From the sequence record MF158040: a stretch of 64,000 nucleotides of DNA. One strand, written 5' to 3'. This DNA comes from Shigella phage Sf13. The translations under genes were made by a program, and so were the position numbers. The notes under the pieces are model-generated. The model was not told the DNA's origin. It did not search any database and saw only the letters and a list, made by a program, of their open reading frames with translations. This document shows, piece after piece, positions 16,348-25,961 of this stretch (positions are counted from its first letter, which is position 1; every line of letters starts with the position of its first letter).

Positions 16348-16512
16348 ATAATCTTTTTAACAACCTATGTAACAACTATAACACTATTTTTTAGTGTCTG
16401 TCAAGAGGTTTTTTAAAATAATTTGATTTATTTCAGAAAACTTCTTTTTCGTTTCTATGTAGAACATATTAAAGGGTATTAAACACTTTGTCAATACCCT
16501 TTTTAAAACTTT

Positions 16513-17928
16513 TTACCAATCGTAGCGTTCAACCATTACTGCTTTGAGCATTACGCTGATAGGGTCAAACTTCTCACCACCAAGCAAAGCTTTTAAAGTG
16601 GCTGGAGAGAAACCAGATACCATTGCTACACCGTTATCCTTTACAGACACTTCGCAAGTACCATTACGGTTTGCTAAGTACCAGAATACCAGTTGTGGCA
16701 TCTCATATCCAGCTTTCTTGTACTTTTCTTGAATTGCTTCAAAGTTAGTACGACCATCTGCTCCATCAACCTGATTAAACTGCATATCAGAGAAGATGAT
16801 AAGCTTACTAGGCATCTCTTTCTGAGTCAAGTTGTTTTTAACACCAATCTCAAGGATTCTTGCAAAAGCAGCTTGTAGGTCAGTTGAACCATACTCTACA
16901 TGACTCTTCACTTGACGTAAGCGAGTCTGTAAATCACCACTCAATGTGATGAAGTGAGGTCTGCTAGAGTAAACCATCAATTCATCTTTAAAGCAACCTG
17001 TATTACGTTCTGAAACGTACAGGGCTAAAGATACACCAATGTCTAGCGCTGTAACAGAACCATGTCGCTCCCAAGTCATAGATGAAGATACATCTGCCAT
17101 GCACAGAATGTTTTCACCATCTTTCATCCAGTTTGGTAAAGCTTTCCACTGCTCATTTGCAACGGTTGCATTACCATAGCCAACTGACTTTGTAATGTCG
17201 TAAGGGTAGACTGCACCAGCATTAATCTTTGTCTCACCTTTAGTCAGTGCTGCAATGTATGCTGCATAACGCTCACCATCTTTACGACTAAAGAGTTTTT
17301 GATAACGTGCAGCAGCCAGTGAAGGAAGCTTGCTGTAATCAATTTCTCCGAACTCATTTGCTGAAATCTTTTGTTCAACAGTATCAGACAGTGCTGACAG
17401 AAGAACTCGATACTGCTTCTCTGAAAGATTTGCAAACTTACAGAAACGACGAACAAAACGCATGTGTCGTGATTTTACTCGTGGTAACCATTTTGCTGCT
17501 AGAGCCGATGTTGCAGGGTCTAACAGTGCAGCTTCTAAATGCTTGAAAGCATCTGTTTCGTAACGTGTACCAACAAAGATTTTAAAGTCGTCATAACGAC
17601 CTAAATCAGAAACCTTGTCCATGATACGTAACACTTGGAACTCATCAAGAATCCCGTCAGAGATTGCTTTAGTAAGAGTATAACGGAACGCTTTACGCTC
17701 ACCCATACCTTCTCGTGCATCTCGCATATGTAACAGGATTCGAACTGCTACATCAATATCTTCTCGCATTGCCTTGTAAAACAAGTTTGGAAGAACTTCT
17801 ACGTTTGTTCTGCTTGAACCAGCAGCTTTGTAGAAATCTACCAGTGCAGACATTGAAGAGGTGTGGTTAACAGCACCGTTTTCAGTTAAACCTGCATGTA
17901 AATGCGAGTGTTTAAATAATTCGCTCAT
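16513..17928 (-). CDS. DUF2828-like protein with C-terminal von Willebrand factor A (vWA/MIDAS) domain, 471 aa
   Basis: N-terminal TENGAV...ALVDFY motif that I recall as DUF2828-like; C-terminal DVSSSM (DxSxS MIDAS) motif; ATG start verified. Confidence 0.55.
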   Translation of the reverse strand: MSELFKHSHLHAGLTENGAVNHTSSMSALVDFYKAAGSSRTNVEVLPNLFYKAMREDIDVAVRILLHMRDAREGMGERKAFRYTLTKAISDGILDEFQVLRIMDKVSDLGRYDDFKIFVGTRYETDAFKHLEAALLDPATSALAAKWLPRVKSRHMRFVRRFCKFANLSEKQYRVLLSALSDTVEQKISANEFGEIDYSKLPSLAAARYQKLFSRKDGERYAAYIAALTKGETKINAGAVYPYDITKSVGYGNATVANEQWKALPNWMKDGENILCMADVSSSMTWERHGSVTALDIGVSLALYVSERNTGCFKDELMVYSSRPHFITLSGDLQTRLRQVKSHVEYGSTDLQAAFARILEIGVKNNLTQKEMPSKLIIFSDMQFNQVDGADGRTNFEAIQEKYKKAGYEMPQLVFWYLANRNGTCEVSVKDNGVAMVSGFSPATLKALLGGEKFDPISVMLKAVMVERYDW

Positions 17929-18004
17929 ATTAATTCTCTCTCGTTAGAATGTTTTGGTGAGACAGACTCTAGCGTTTAATTTAGAACCTGTCAACACCTT
18001 TTTA

Positions 18005-18376
18005 TTATTTTTTCAGAGTTGCTACAGCAGAGAACGTTGGTTTGTTCTCCTGTGCTCCCTGCCCTCCATTCTCAGAAGGTTTTTTACTATCTGCTGCAAT
18101 TGCTTTCATCTCACCTGCTGAGTGAGTCATGATAGTTTTACCAGCTTCCATCATGGACTTTAAGTTTACATCTTCAGCCTTTAATCCGAACTCTGCAAGC
18201 TTGTCAGCATTACGTGTGACAATGGCCTCAAACAGCTTTGCAGCATACTCTGCTGAGTTATCAATAGTCAACTGTGCCTTGACCAGTGAACTCTTGTTAC
18301 GTGAGCCTTTGGGTCTACCTGATGGGTTACCAGATTGACCTTTCTTGAATTGGCCTTTGTTTGTTCGTTTCGTCAT
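18005..18376 (-). CDS. hypothetical basic protein with N-terminal GNPSGRPKG motif
   Basis: ORF track; ATG start; motif resembles N-termini of some phage small DNA-binding/small-terminase-like proteins. Confidence 0.45.
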   Translation of the reverse strand: MTKRTNKGQFKKGQSGNPSGRPKGSRNKSSLVKAQLTIDNSAEYAAKLFEAIVTRNADKLAEFGLKAEDVNLKSMMEAGKTIMTHSAGEMKAIAADSKKPSENGGQGAQENKPTFSAVATLKK

Positions 18377-18550
18377 TCTTCACCTCTTTTAAGACCTCTT
18401 AAAAGGCTTTTAAGATAAGAGATAGATATCCAGAAAGATATCTGTTTAAATAGCCTTTTTAGAAGAGTCTTTTAAGTAATCTTCTAAGTATTTATTAGGC
18501 TACACGTTGTCAAGAGGAATGTCAAGTAAATTTTTTAGTTGCAATACTTC

Positions 18551-18579
18551 TTGACTTGTTGTATGGATTACTGTACCAT
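18551..18579 (+). promoter_or_regulatory. candidate sigma70-like promoter for plus-strand block
   Basis: TTGACT, 17-bp spacer, TACCAT upstream of first plus-strand ORF. Confidence 0.3.
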
Positions 18580-18623
18580 CTTACTAAAGCTGTAGGTCTG
18601 CCTTTATCTACAAAGGAGACTTA

Positions 18624-18785
18624 ATGAGAAACAATTCAAAATTGAAGACAGGTAATAATACCAATCACTGTAAGGAATCAAAGCGGGTAGAATTACTCTA
18701 TTACAAATCCTCTGAAATTGGTTTGTACCTATACTTTCAAAATTATAGACGACAAGAGGATTATTTATGTGTAGCTCCCAACTAG
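18624..18785 (+). CDS. hypothetical small protein (53 aa), not in ORF track
   Basis: ATG preceded by AAGGAG RBS 6 nt upstream; first gene of plus-strand block. Confidence 0.35.
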   Translation: MRNNSKLKTGNNTNHCKESKRVELLYYKSSEIGLYLYFQNYRRQEDYLCVAPN

Positions 18786-19000
18786 AAATCACAGATATTA
18801 TTGATTTATACCAAACTGCAAAGAGTCATGGGTATATCACTTCAATTGGAAAGAATAAGCACTATGATGCACTAACTGGTATGTATTTCAGAGCAATAGC
18901 TCAATCTAGTGAACAGGTTCTAATGGTTTCTTCCAGTGAATTTGCTTCATTTCTCTATTGCAGCAAGATTATCAATCGTAGGAGAACTGATAAATGTTAA
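18767..19000 (+). CDS. hypothetical protein (77 aa)
   Basis: ORF track; ATG with AGAGGA RBS. Confidence 0.4.
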   Translation: MCSSQLEITDIIDLYQTAKSHGYITSIGKNKHYDALTGMYFRAIAQSSEQVLMVSSSEFASFLYCSKIINRRRTDKC

Positions 19001-19584
19001 ACGTAAGTTTTAATTATAATGGTGATGGGTCTGTATCAATCACTTCACCATATTCTGATGACCTTCTTAAAGAGTTGGTTAATCAATGTGAAAGAGGTAT
19101 GCACTACGTACCTGATTCATTTAAACAGAAAACAATTGCAAATAACTTGATGCGTGTTACTGTTCAGGCAATGAACCCAGATTATAATATTAATGGTGAA
19201 AGCCCATATTCACTCATGGCTCTAGGTGCTAATAGTGAATTTAAACTGGTATGCCATGATTCAGAAACATTCTTCAAAGTATTCTCAAATCTTATCCACA
19301 ACGCTAAATACAGTTATGTAGCTGGGTCAACATCGTTCTCTCCAGCAAACTACACATGTGTTGTGATTGATAACCTCAGAGAGTCTGAAGATACTTCCAC
19401 AGAGATTTCTTTCGATGTGAACACCTCTCCAGAGTCCACTCCAAGTAATGACTTCGACATGAACTATGCGTTATCTCTGAGTAAGAAATCTGATTTCATT
19501 GAGTACGTCAATGGATTTGGATTTAAGTTGGATGAGACAATGAATCTCAAAAAACTTAAAAACATGCTTAAGACTATGGCTTAA
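18994..19584 (+). CDS. hypothetical protein (196 aa)
   Basis: ORF track; ATG with GGAGAA RBS 7 nt upstream; followed by terminator. Confidence 0.5.
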   Translation: MLNVSFNYNGDGSVSITSPYSDDLLKELVNQCERGMHYVPDSFKQKTIANNLMRVTVQAMNPDYNINGESPYSLMALGANSEFKLVCHDSETFFKVFSNLIHNAKYSYVAGSTSFSPANYTCVVIDNLRESEDTSTEISFDVNTSPESTPSNDFDMNYALSLSKKSDFIEYVNGFGFKLDETMNLKKLKNMLKTMA

Positions 19585-19591
19585 GTTTTAT

Positions 19592-19613
19592 GGGGCGAAA
19601 GCCCCTTTTATTT
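19592..19613 (+). terminator. rho-independent terminator (plus strand)
   Basis: GGGGCGAAAGCCCC hairpin followed by TTTTATTT. Confidence 0.55.
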
Positions 19614-19627
19614 GTTAAGGATAGATA

Positions 19628-19996
19628 ATGAAGGCAAAGAGTGGAAAAGACTTTTATTGCTTCCTACAATCTTATGTCCAAAGTGTTCAAGAAGGTGACA
19701 GGTATAATCTTGATGATGTACTTCCGACACCCTTAACATGGCGTGATAGCAAATGGCCTGAGAAGGATATCAACCCTACCGAAACATATTTCGAATACAC
19801 ACCTAAAATTCCTCTACCAGATACTGAAGAACTTCTTTACCCAATGTTTCATATCGTTGGTCTTGGTACATTTTTGATGGATATTCAATATGTGATGGGT
19901 AAAGGCTATAAGATTGACGGAGTTGTTGTAGGTGATGTTTCACCGCAGCACAAAGGTTATTTTAGACTAAATGCAAGATTAGAGGCTAAGAAATGA
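19628..19996 (+). CDS. hypothetical protein (122 aa); paralog of N-terminal domain of next gene
   Basis: ORF track; alignable to first ~120 aa of 19993..20877 (shared pattern FxxxVxxVxxGxRY ... W). Confidence 0.5.
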   Translation: MKAKSGKDFYCFLQSYVQSVQEGDRYNLDDVLPTPLTWRDSKWPEKDINPTETYFEYTPKIPLPDTEELLYPMFHIVGLGTFLMDIQYVMGKGYKIDGVVVGDVSPQHKGYFRLNARLEAKK

Positions 19997-20877
19997 TTAA
20001 AGCAAAGACATATCCAGATTTTAAAGAGTTCGTTAAAGACTTTGTAGCGAATGTTAAAGCTGGCAAAAGATACGACTTCAGAAAGTATCAAGAGGCCGTT
20101 CTGCCTCTGACATATAGCTCACCGTGGCCTGAGTCTGATATTCCAGAAGTTACTGACTTCAATTACACACCAGACTACACAGTTCCATTTAGTGAAGAAC
20201 TTTTATATTCAGTTGGTGCTCAGATGAGGACTGCTGACTTCTTCATGGACTTGCAGTATGCAATCATCAATGGGAAGGATGTTGACACAGTTTATTGTGA
20301 ATGGTTGGCAAGGGTTAAACCTTTCTCCATGCTTAATGCAAAGTTGAAGGATGCAATCACACCTCCAGTTATTACACAGCAGCCAACTGACCAAACTGTT
20401 AACGAGGGTGGAACACTTACACTTTCAGTTGTTGCTACTGGTGCAACTGGTTATCAGTGGAAGAAAGGTGCATCAAACATCTCTGGAGCAACCTCTGCAA
20501 CATATACTAAGAATGGCGTAGTCCCTACTGATGCTGGCGCATACACCTGTGTAGTTTCTGGTGAAGGTGGCTCAAGTGTTAATTCCAACGCTGCCACAGT
20601 AACTGTGAATGCACTGCCTGTGATTACACAGCAACCTACTAACCAAGAGATTACAGAGGGAGATACACTCACCCTTAGCATCGTAGCTACTGGTGCAACT
20701 GGTTATCAGTGGAAGAAAGATGATGTAGATATCCCTTCAGCAACATCTGCAACATATGAAAAGACACCGACTTCTAAAGCTGATGATGAAGGTACTTACT
20801 CTTGTGTTGTAACTGGTGTAGGTGGCTCAATCACATCCCAATCTGCCAAGGTGGTTATTAACGCAGTAGGAGGTTGA
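19993..20877 (+). CDS. protein with two tandem Ig-like repeats (294 aa)
   Basis: Two ~90-aa repeats (ITQQPT..EG.TLTLS.VATGATGYQWKK...Y.CVV.G.GGS) typical of Ig-like domains on phage virion surface proteins. Confidence 0.55.
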   Translation: MIKAKTYPDFKEFVKDFVANVKAGKRYDFRKYQEAVLPLTYSSPWPESDIPEVTDFNYTPDYTVPFSEELLYSVGAQMRTADFFMDLQYAIINGKDVDTVYCEWLARVKPFSMLNAKLKDAITPPVITQQPTDQTVNEGGTLTLSVVATGATGYQWKKGASNISGATSATYTKNGVVPTDAGAYTCVVSGEGGSSVNSNAATVTVNALPVITQQPTNQEITEGDTLTLSIVATGATGYQWKKDDVDIPSATSATYEKTPTSKADDEGTYSCVVTGVGGSITSQSAKVVINAVGG

Positions 20878-20879
20878 TA

Positions 20880-21344
20880 ATGCAACTCTCAAGTAAAGGC
20901 TTAGAAGCCATTAAGTTCTTTGAAGGGCTTCGTTTAGAAGCCTATAAAGACTCTGCTGGAATCCCTACAATTGGTTATGGTACAATTCGTATCAACGGAA
21001 GACCTGTTACGATGGGGATGAAGATTACTGCCGAGCAAGCTGAACAATATCTCCTTGCAGATGTTGAGAACTATGTAGGTGCAGTAAACAGAGCAATTAA
21101 GGTTCCAACTACGCAGAACGAATTTGACGCACTTGTTGTAGAGACTTACAACATTGGCATCGGTGCTATGCAGGATTCAACTTTTATCAAGCGTCACAAT
21201 GCTGGTAACAAAGCTGGTTGTGCAGAAGCTATGCAGTGGTGGAACAAGATTACAGTGAATGGTCAAAAAGTAACTTCCAAGGGTCTACAAAATAGACGTA
21301 GTTTGGAAGCCAAGATTTACCTTGACGCTGTTTATCCAAAATAG
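20880..21344 (+). CDS. lysozyme/endolysin (GH24 T4-lysozyme-like)
   Basis: Catalytic motif FEGLRLEAYKDSAGIPTIGYG (E...D...T); ATG with AGGAGG RBS; track start is TTG 2 codons upstream. Confidence 0.7.
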   Translation: MQLSSKGLEAIKFFEGLRLEAYKDSAGIPTIGYGTIRINGRPVTMGMKITAEQAEQYLLADVENYVGAVNRAIKVPTTQNEFDALVVETYNIGIGAMQDSTFIKRHNAGNKAGCAEAMQWWNKITVNGQKVTSKGLQNRRSLEAKIYLDAVYPK

Positions 21345-21354
21345 TAGATTAAGA

Positions 21355-21380
21355 GGCTCCTTCGGGAGCCTTTTTTATTT
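21355..21380 (+). terminator. rho-independent terminator (plus strand)
   Basis: GGCTCCTTCGGGAGCC hairpin followed by TTTTTTATTT. Confidence 0.6.
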
Positions 21381-21394
21381 CTATGGAGAAAACT

Positions 21395-21793
21395 ATGAAG
21401 CTTTGGGCGAATGATAATGGTACTTTCAAGTACACAAGAAGTGGTATGAAGGTTCGTATTGCAGGAACCAAGTTGATTACTATGGGTGACAAGGTGTTCA
21501 CAAAGTTTGTTGTTGAGGTCATTGAACGCTCACCTATCACAATGGCTAACAAAGGCTTCTTTGCTGGTGAACTGTACAACGTGGATGACAATGGTATGTT
21601 CTCACCTTTAGGTGAAAGTTCTCTTGATATTATTTCAGAACACCCCTTGACAAGAGAGCAGTTATCAGGTTACTATAAATTTCTACTTGAGCAGAAGAAG
21701 AAGTTACACCAGAGTGAGGCTACATACCATAACAATGAGTGTATCGAACTTCTGGATAAAATTGAGAAAGCTGAGAGAGGTTATTATGAATAA
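21395..21793 (+). CDS. hypothetical protein
   Basis: ORF track ORF; start moved to second ATG which has GGAGAA RBS. Confidence 0.45.
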   Translation: MKLWANDNGTFKYTRSGMKVRIAGTKLITMGDKVFTKFVVEVIERSPITMANKGFFAGELYNVDDNGMFSPLGESSLDIISEHPLTREQLSGYYKFLLEQKKKLHQSEATYHNNECIELLDKIEKAERGYYE

Positions 21794-22166
21794 GATTGAT
21801 GTATTGGTTGACACATCCGGTCACGATTTAGATGAGTCTGGTGATTTTGCAAAAGCAATTATTTTCCAAGACAATGGAAGACTGAAATTGCAGTTTGAGT
21901 CAGGTAGCATACTATCATACCGTGGTGATGATGCAGATGGTTGTCCAATTTTTGGATGGTTTGACCTGAATTTTCACAAATATGCTTACCACTACCCAGA
22001 CGGTCAGGAAGATTGGACTACACAGGCTATCTTTGATGAACTGAATGGTGTACCTTTGGAAGATGAGGTTTCAGAACCAACCCTTCTAACTTTCACCTTC
22101 ATCAAAGAAGAAAAAGTCGGTGATATCTCCGTAACAGAAGCGTTGCAAGTTACACAGGTAGTTTGA
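21786..22166 (+). CDS. hypothetical protein
   Basis: ORF track ORF trimmed to internal ATG (M34) overlapping upstream stop; GAGAGG RBS. Confidence 0.45.
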   Translation: MNKIDVLVDTSGHDLDESGDFAKAIIFQDNGRLKLQFESGSILSYRGDDADGCPIFGWFDLNFHKYAYHYPDGQEDWTTQAIFDELNGVPLEDEVSEPTLLTFTFIKEEKVGDISVTEALQVTQVV

Positions 22167-22167
22167 T

Positions 22168-22461
22168 ATGAGTAAAGTACAGGTTATCTTTCCAATTAAT
22201 GACTTCAGCTATGAAGCTGAGTTTGACCTGTACGAAGAACTCACTGATGATGTTATCTGGAGTGTGGTGACAAAGGCCATTAAGAAACTTTATGGTGGCC
22301 TTTTAAACCCTAATAACCCAAAAGTGTCAACAAAGCAAGTTTCCGAGCCATACACAAGCTATGATGCTGAAAAGAGTAAGTTCGAAATTACTTGCTATGA
22401 CCTTCTGGTATCTGATAACAAAATCAACTACTTCTTCGTCAGAGAATATGCAGATGCTTAA
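22168..22461 (+). CDS. hypothetical protein (97 aa)
   Basis: ORF track; ATG start. Confidence 0.45.
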   Translation: MSKVQVIFPINDFSYEAEFDLYEELTDDVIWSVVTKAIKKLYGGLLNPNNPKVSTKQVSEPYTSYDAEKSKFEITCYDLLVSDNKINYFFVREYADA

Positions 22462-22798
22462 GCTCCACATCGTTGTTTATAAGAATTTTGCAGATATACA
22501 AGAAGCCCTGTCAACAAGGCTGGACAAATGTCAGCAAAGACTATTTCTGATGTTTGATATGCTTGACTATAAACAACCTGATAAGCTTGTGTATAAAGAT
22601 GGTACAGTAATCTTTAAAAGTGAAGAGTCAGTGACCATCTTTGTTAAGCATGATATGCCAGCTAAAAATATAGGGATGCTTGAGTTCTACATCTACCAAT
22701 CCACAGGTATGCGTGGTGAGGGCATCAAAATAGATTCTATTGAGGTCTTTGAAAAACCAAAGACACCACTTAAAAAGTATTTAGTGAGGAAGTTATAG
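22448..22798 (+). CDS. hypothetical protein
   Basis: ORF track ORF trimmed to ATG at M30. Confidence 0.4.
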   Translation: MQMLKLHIVVYKNFADIQEALSTRLDKCQQRLFLMFDMLDYKQPDKLVYKDGTVIFKSEESVTIFVKHDMPAKNIGMLEFYIYQSTGMRGEGIKIDSIEVFEKPKTPLKKYLVRKL

Positions 22799-22799
22799 T

Positions 22800-23393
22800 A
22801 TGAGTGTACACATTAAAGAAAAGGGTGGAGTTGATTCTCCACAAGTTGCATTAGTCCAACACTACGGTAATGTTCAGGGTGTGCTTGCTGCGTTCCAGCC
22901 AAACATTAACTCACCAGCAAAAGTTGTCAAATTGACTATGGATGTGAACAACATCTCTGCATGTATCATTGAAGATGTACAGTACTTTAAGTTCTCATCT
23001 AAAGAAGTTGATGAAGCACTTCTGAAGTACCGTTTAGACCTTGAGAAAGACATTAACCACCAAGAGGTTGTGAAACTGTTTGGTGACCTACATGATATGC
23101 TTGATAAAGTCCACAAGCGTACATATTACATGAATGGTGGTTCAGTTATCACCACGTACACCTCCCCATTCACTAAAGAGGTCATCTTAACCGATGATGA
23201 GCAGTTCTTTGTTATGACTGCCTCAAGCTCAGATTGGTGGATGAAGAACACAGGTATGAAGACGATTATTGAAGCTATTCGCCAACATATCCCAAACTTC
23301 AGCCCTTGGAAGGGTGCTTCTGATGACTTCATAGCTATCCTTGAAGATGTTCGAAGCAGAAAAAGTAAATTACTGCCTAGAAAATATACTTGA
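22800..23393 (+). CDS. hypothetical protein (197 aa)
   Basis: ORF track; ATG with GAGGAAG RBS. Confidence 0.5.
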   Translation: MSVHIKEKGGVDSPQVALVQHYGNVQGVLAAFQPNINSPAKVVKLTMDVNNISACIIEDVQYFKFSSKEVDEALLKYRLDLEKDINHQEVVKLFGDLHDMLDKVHKRTYYMNGGSVITTYTSPFTKEVILTDDEQFFVMTASSSDWWMKNTGMKTIIEAIRQHIPNFSPWKGASDDFIAILEDVRSRKSKLLPRKYT

Positions 23394-23419
23394 CAGTAAT
23401 ATCTAGAATTTTGTATGAT
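23390..23419 (+). promoter_or_regulatory. candidate sigma70-like promoter
   Basis: TTGACA, 18-bp spacer, TATGAT, about 45 nt upstream of ORF 23464. Confidence 0.4.
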
Positions 23420-23463
23420 GGGAGCTATCGAAAGGTGGTTCCCTTTTTTATTGGAGAGATAAA

Positions 23464-24204
23464 ATGGTTAAAGTTAAAGAGACAGACACAATTTACATTT
23501 ATGTAAAGGCTTCACCAGCCCAAAGAACTAAGGCATTTGTTACGTATGTGTCTGATAGCGGGGTTGTGTACTTCCGACCTATGAAGACATTACATTTCAA
23601 GATTTATCCAGCAACATCACTTGGTCCAGAAGCACACTTATGGGCTGGTAAAGTCTATTCGACCACTGATATTGAAAACTTAACCTTCACAGGAAGCTTC
23701 AGAAAGATTCTGGGTATTTCTTTACAAGATACTGTGGTAGGGGATGAAGAAGAAACTGAAAAGGCAACTTTTGAGGCAACTCCGACTCTGAAGAAAGAGG
23801 CAACTCCAAAGGTTAGAACGATTGATGTTACTATAGAGGCTCCTACACACAGACTTGCAGATGTACCTGAGCAAGAGTCTCGATACCAAACTAAAGAAGA
23901 TGGTCATCAAACTCTGGTTGTAGATAACGTCAGAGATTACTTCAAGTATTTCTGTGATGCAAATCCACATAGTCATGCTTGGACTACACCACAAAAGAAA
24001 TTTAACTCCATGTTGACCAGCGCTTGTGAAGATGCTAAAAAGAATGTGGAAGAGTTAAAAGAAGCAATCAGTGTCACAGACCATGTGGTTAATAAGAATG
24101 ACATTGAGTACACAGTAAGAATGATGTTAAAAGCTGGTTTCACACCTTATCAGATTGCTGAAGAGATTCAAAGGCAATTCTACAACGCAATGGTGAAAGA
24201 ATGA
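23464..24204 (+). CDS. hypothetical protein (246 aa)
   Basis: ORF track; ATG with GGAGAG RBS. Confidence 0.5.
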   Translation: MVKVKETDTIYIYVKASPAQRTKAFVTYVSDSGVVYFRPMKTLHFKIYPATSLGPEAHLWAGKVYSTTDIENLTFTGSFRKILGISLQDTVVGDEEETEKATFEATPTLKKEATPKVRTIDVTIEAPTHRLADVPEQESRYQTKEDGHQTLVVDNVRDYFKYFCDANPHSHAWTTPQKKFNSMLTSACEDAKKNVEELKEAISVTDHVVNKNDIEYTVRMMLKAGFTPYQIAEEIQRQFYNAMVKE

Positions 24205-24419
24205 AAAAGTTTACAACTTTAGGTGAATACTGGAAGCTCTCTGTTTCTGAGCAGTACAGACGAGCTAAGAAGACTAAACAGTGTTATGGCAAAATTGCCA
24301 GAGGTGATATCTTAGTATGTACTGAAGAATCACTTAAGAACGTTACTCCCAGAGGTAAGACATTCCAGAGAATGATTGACAGAGAGTGGAATGCACGATT
24401 AAAGAGGATTGAACAATGA
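24201..24419 (+). CDS. hypothetical protein (72 aa)
   Basis: ORF track; ATGA overlap with upstream gene. Confidence 0.45.
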   Translation: MKKFTTLGEYWKLSVSEQYRRAKKTKQCYGKIARGDILVCTEESLKNVTPRGKTFQRMIDREWNARLKRIEQ

Positions 24420-24922
24420 TTTACGAAGATTCAAGAGACCAGATTTCTTATGAGCAATCTAAGCACCATGTATCTTTCAAGATTGTGAAAGCAAACGGTG
24501 ATAAAGGGACTATTTCACACTTCGGAGGTGAAAATTGGTTTGGTACAGGATGCTTTGAAGGTTACAGCAGAGAGTATTTGAAAGCTTTCTACAGAGACTT
24601 CTCAGCCGACTATAACGAACTTATCAATCTGGAAAATAAGCGTAGAAATGCTGAGTATAACACCAGAGGATGGGCAGGGATAGCAATTATGTTATCTGTA
24701 GTTCTTGCTATGATTTGTATCATCTCTTTTGGAAGTGTGTACATGCAAGATTTGACGTTTAACCAAGCTGAGAAGAAAATTTCTGAGATTTGGTTCTTGT
24801 ATGTGATTCCAATAGTTGGTATCATCCTCTCATGTTGGAGAATGACGACTTACAAGAAGAGAATTGTAGAGTCTGAGAAGAATTTTGAAGAGGTAAGTAA
24901 AGAATGCAACCTAAAATTTTAG
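24416..24922 (+). CDS. hypothetical membrane protein (two predicted TM helices)
   Basis: ORF track; hydrophobic segments GIAIMLSVVLAMICIISFG and FLYVIPIVGIILSCW. Confidence 0.5.
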   Translation: MIYEDSRDQISYEQSKHHVSFKIVKANGDKGTISHFGGENWFGTGCFEGYSREYLKAFYRDFSADYNELINLENKRRNAEYNTRGWAGIAIMLSVVLAMICIISFGSVYMQDLTFNQAEKKISEIWFLYVIPIVGIILSCWRMTTYKKRIVESEKNFEEVSKECNLKF

Positions 24923-24992
24923 TAATTTGTATCCGCTATGCTATTGCGGAAATGATTAACCAGAAAATACTAAAAGATATCTCGGAGGGTAA

Positions 24993-25202
24993 ATGATTAG
25001 AACACCTGTCAAGCCTTTTGGCTTTAACACTCTGGAAGAGTTCAAAGAGTACCTTGAGAAAGGTTTCTACAATGAACAACCAGTAACAGTGATTAAATCT
25101 GACTTAGCACAGCTTGTTGACATTGCTATTGCAGCAACTGAGACTAAGAAGAAAGATAAAAAGACTTCTTCAAAGAAAGATAAAGAATCTGCTGAAGAGT
25201 AA
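24993..25202 (+). CDS. hypothetical protein (69 aa)
   Basis: ORF track; ATG with GGAGGG RBS. Confidence 0.45.
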   Translation: MIRTPVKPFGFNTLEEFKEYLEKGFYNEQPVTVIKSDLAQLVDIAIAATETKKKDKKTSSKKDKESAEE

Positions 25203-25243
25203 TCTGTCAAGGGGTGTAAAAGCCCCTGTTTAGAGGAAAAACT

Positions 25244-25540
25244 ATGACTCCACAATCCAGAGGCGTTAAAGGTATTCATCCTCCAAAGGGTGGTTGGAAA
25301 GATAACACTTTCTATATCGTTGAAGTTGCTTACAAGCCACTTAACATGATTCATAAAGCGATGTTCTACACAGGGTTCTGCGATGATAATGGTGTACCTG
25401 CTGGTTACAACTGGCTTATGAATGGTGGTTATGAAGAACTTTGCAACATTCAAGAAGCTTATTACTTGAAAGCTATTGCAGAGTTACCTGATGAGTTTCA
25501 AATTGAGAGAGATGAGGATTGGAAAGATGAAGAATGTTAA
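25244..25540 (+). CDS. hypothetical protein (98 aa)
   Basis: ORF track. Confidence 0.45.
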   Translation: MTPQSRGVKGIHPPKGGWKDNTFYIVEVAYKPLNMIHKAMFYTGFCDDNGVPAGYNWLMNGGYEELCNIQEAYYLKAIAELPDEFQIERDEDWKDEEC

Positions 25541-25961
25541 AGAGGTAGTGCGTAAAGCTTTGCTTAACAACGGGACTAAAGATGATATGTACAAAGATAT
25601 CGTTGCAGAATTTGGTTGTTCAAGACATACTGCAAAGGTTCTTCTTCATAGCTTTATCTGGGAGTGTTCAGAAGCTTACATGCAATCTGTAATAACTGAA
25701 GGGCTTGATATGTCTCTACCTGAACGCTTCAAAGAAGAGACTAAGGCTAGTTCCATAAAGCTAAACACACTCTATATTGTAGAAACCGTTGATACAGGTG
25801 AACCAGTAGGCACAATACATATTGAAAGTATGTGTGATGGTAAGTTCCTTGGTTATGGTGAAGCAAACGCATATAGTGCATTCTCAACCGCACACTGGAT
25901 AGTTGAAAATGATGGGTATATTCAGGTCAATGGTAAAAATACTTTCAAACTTAAGATGTGA
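25527..25961 (+). CDS. hypothetical protein
   Basis: ORF track ORF trimmed to ATG at M18. Confidence 0.4.
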   Translation: MKNVKEVVRKALLNNGTKDDMYKDIVAEFGCSRHTAKVLLHSFIWECSEAYMQSVITEGLDMSLPERFKEETKASSIKLNTLYIVETVDTGEPVGTIHIESMCDGKFLGYGEANAYSAFSTAHWIVENDGYIQVNGKNTFKLKM

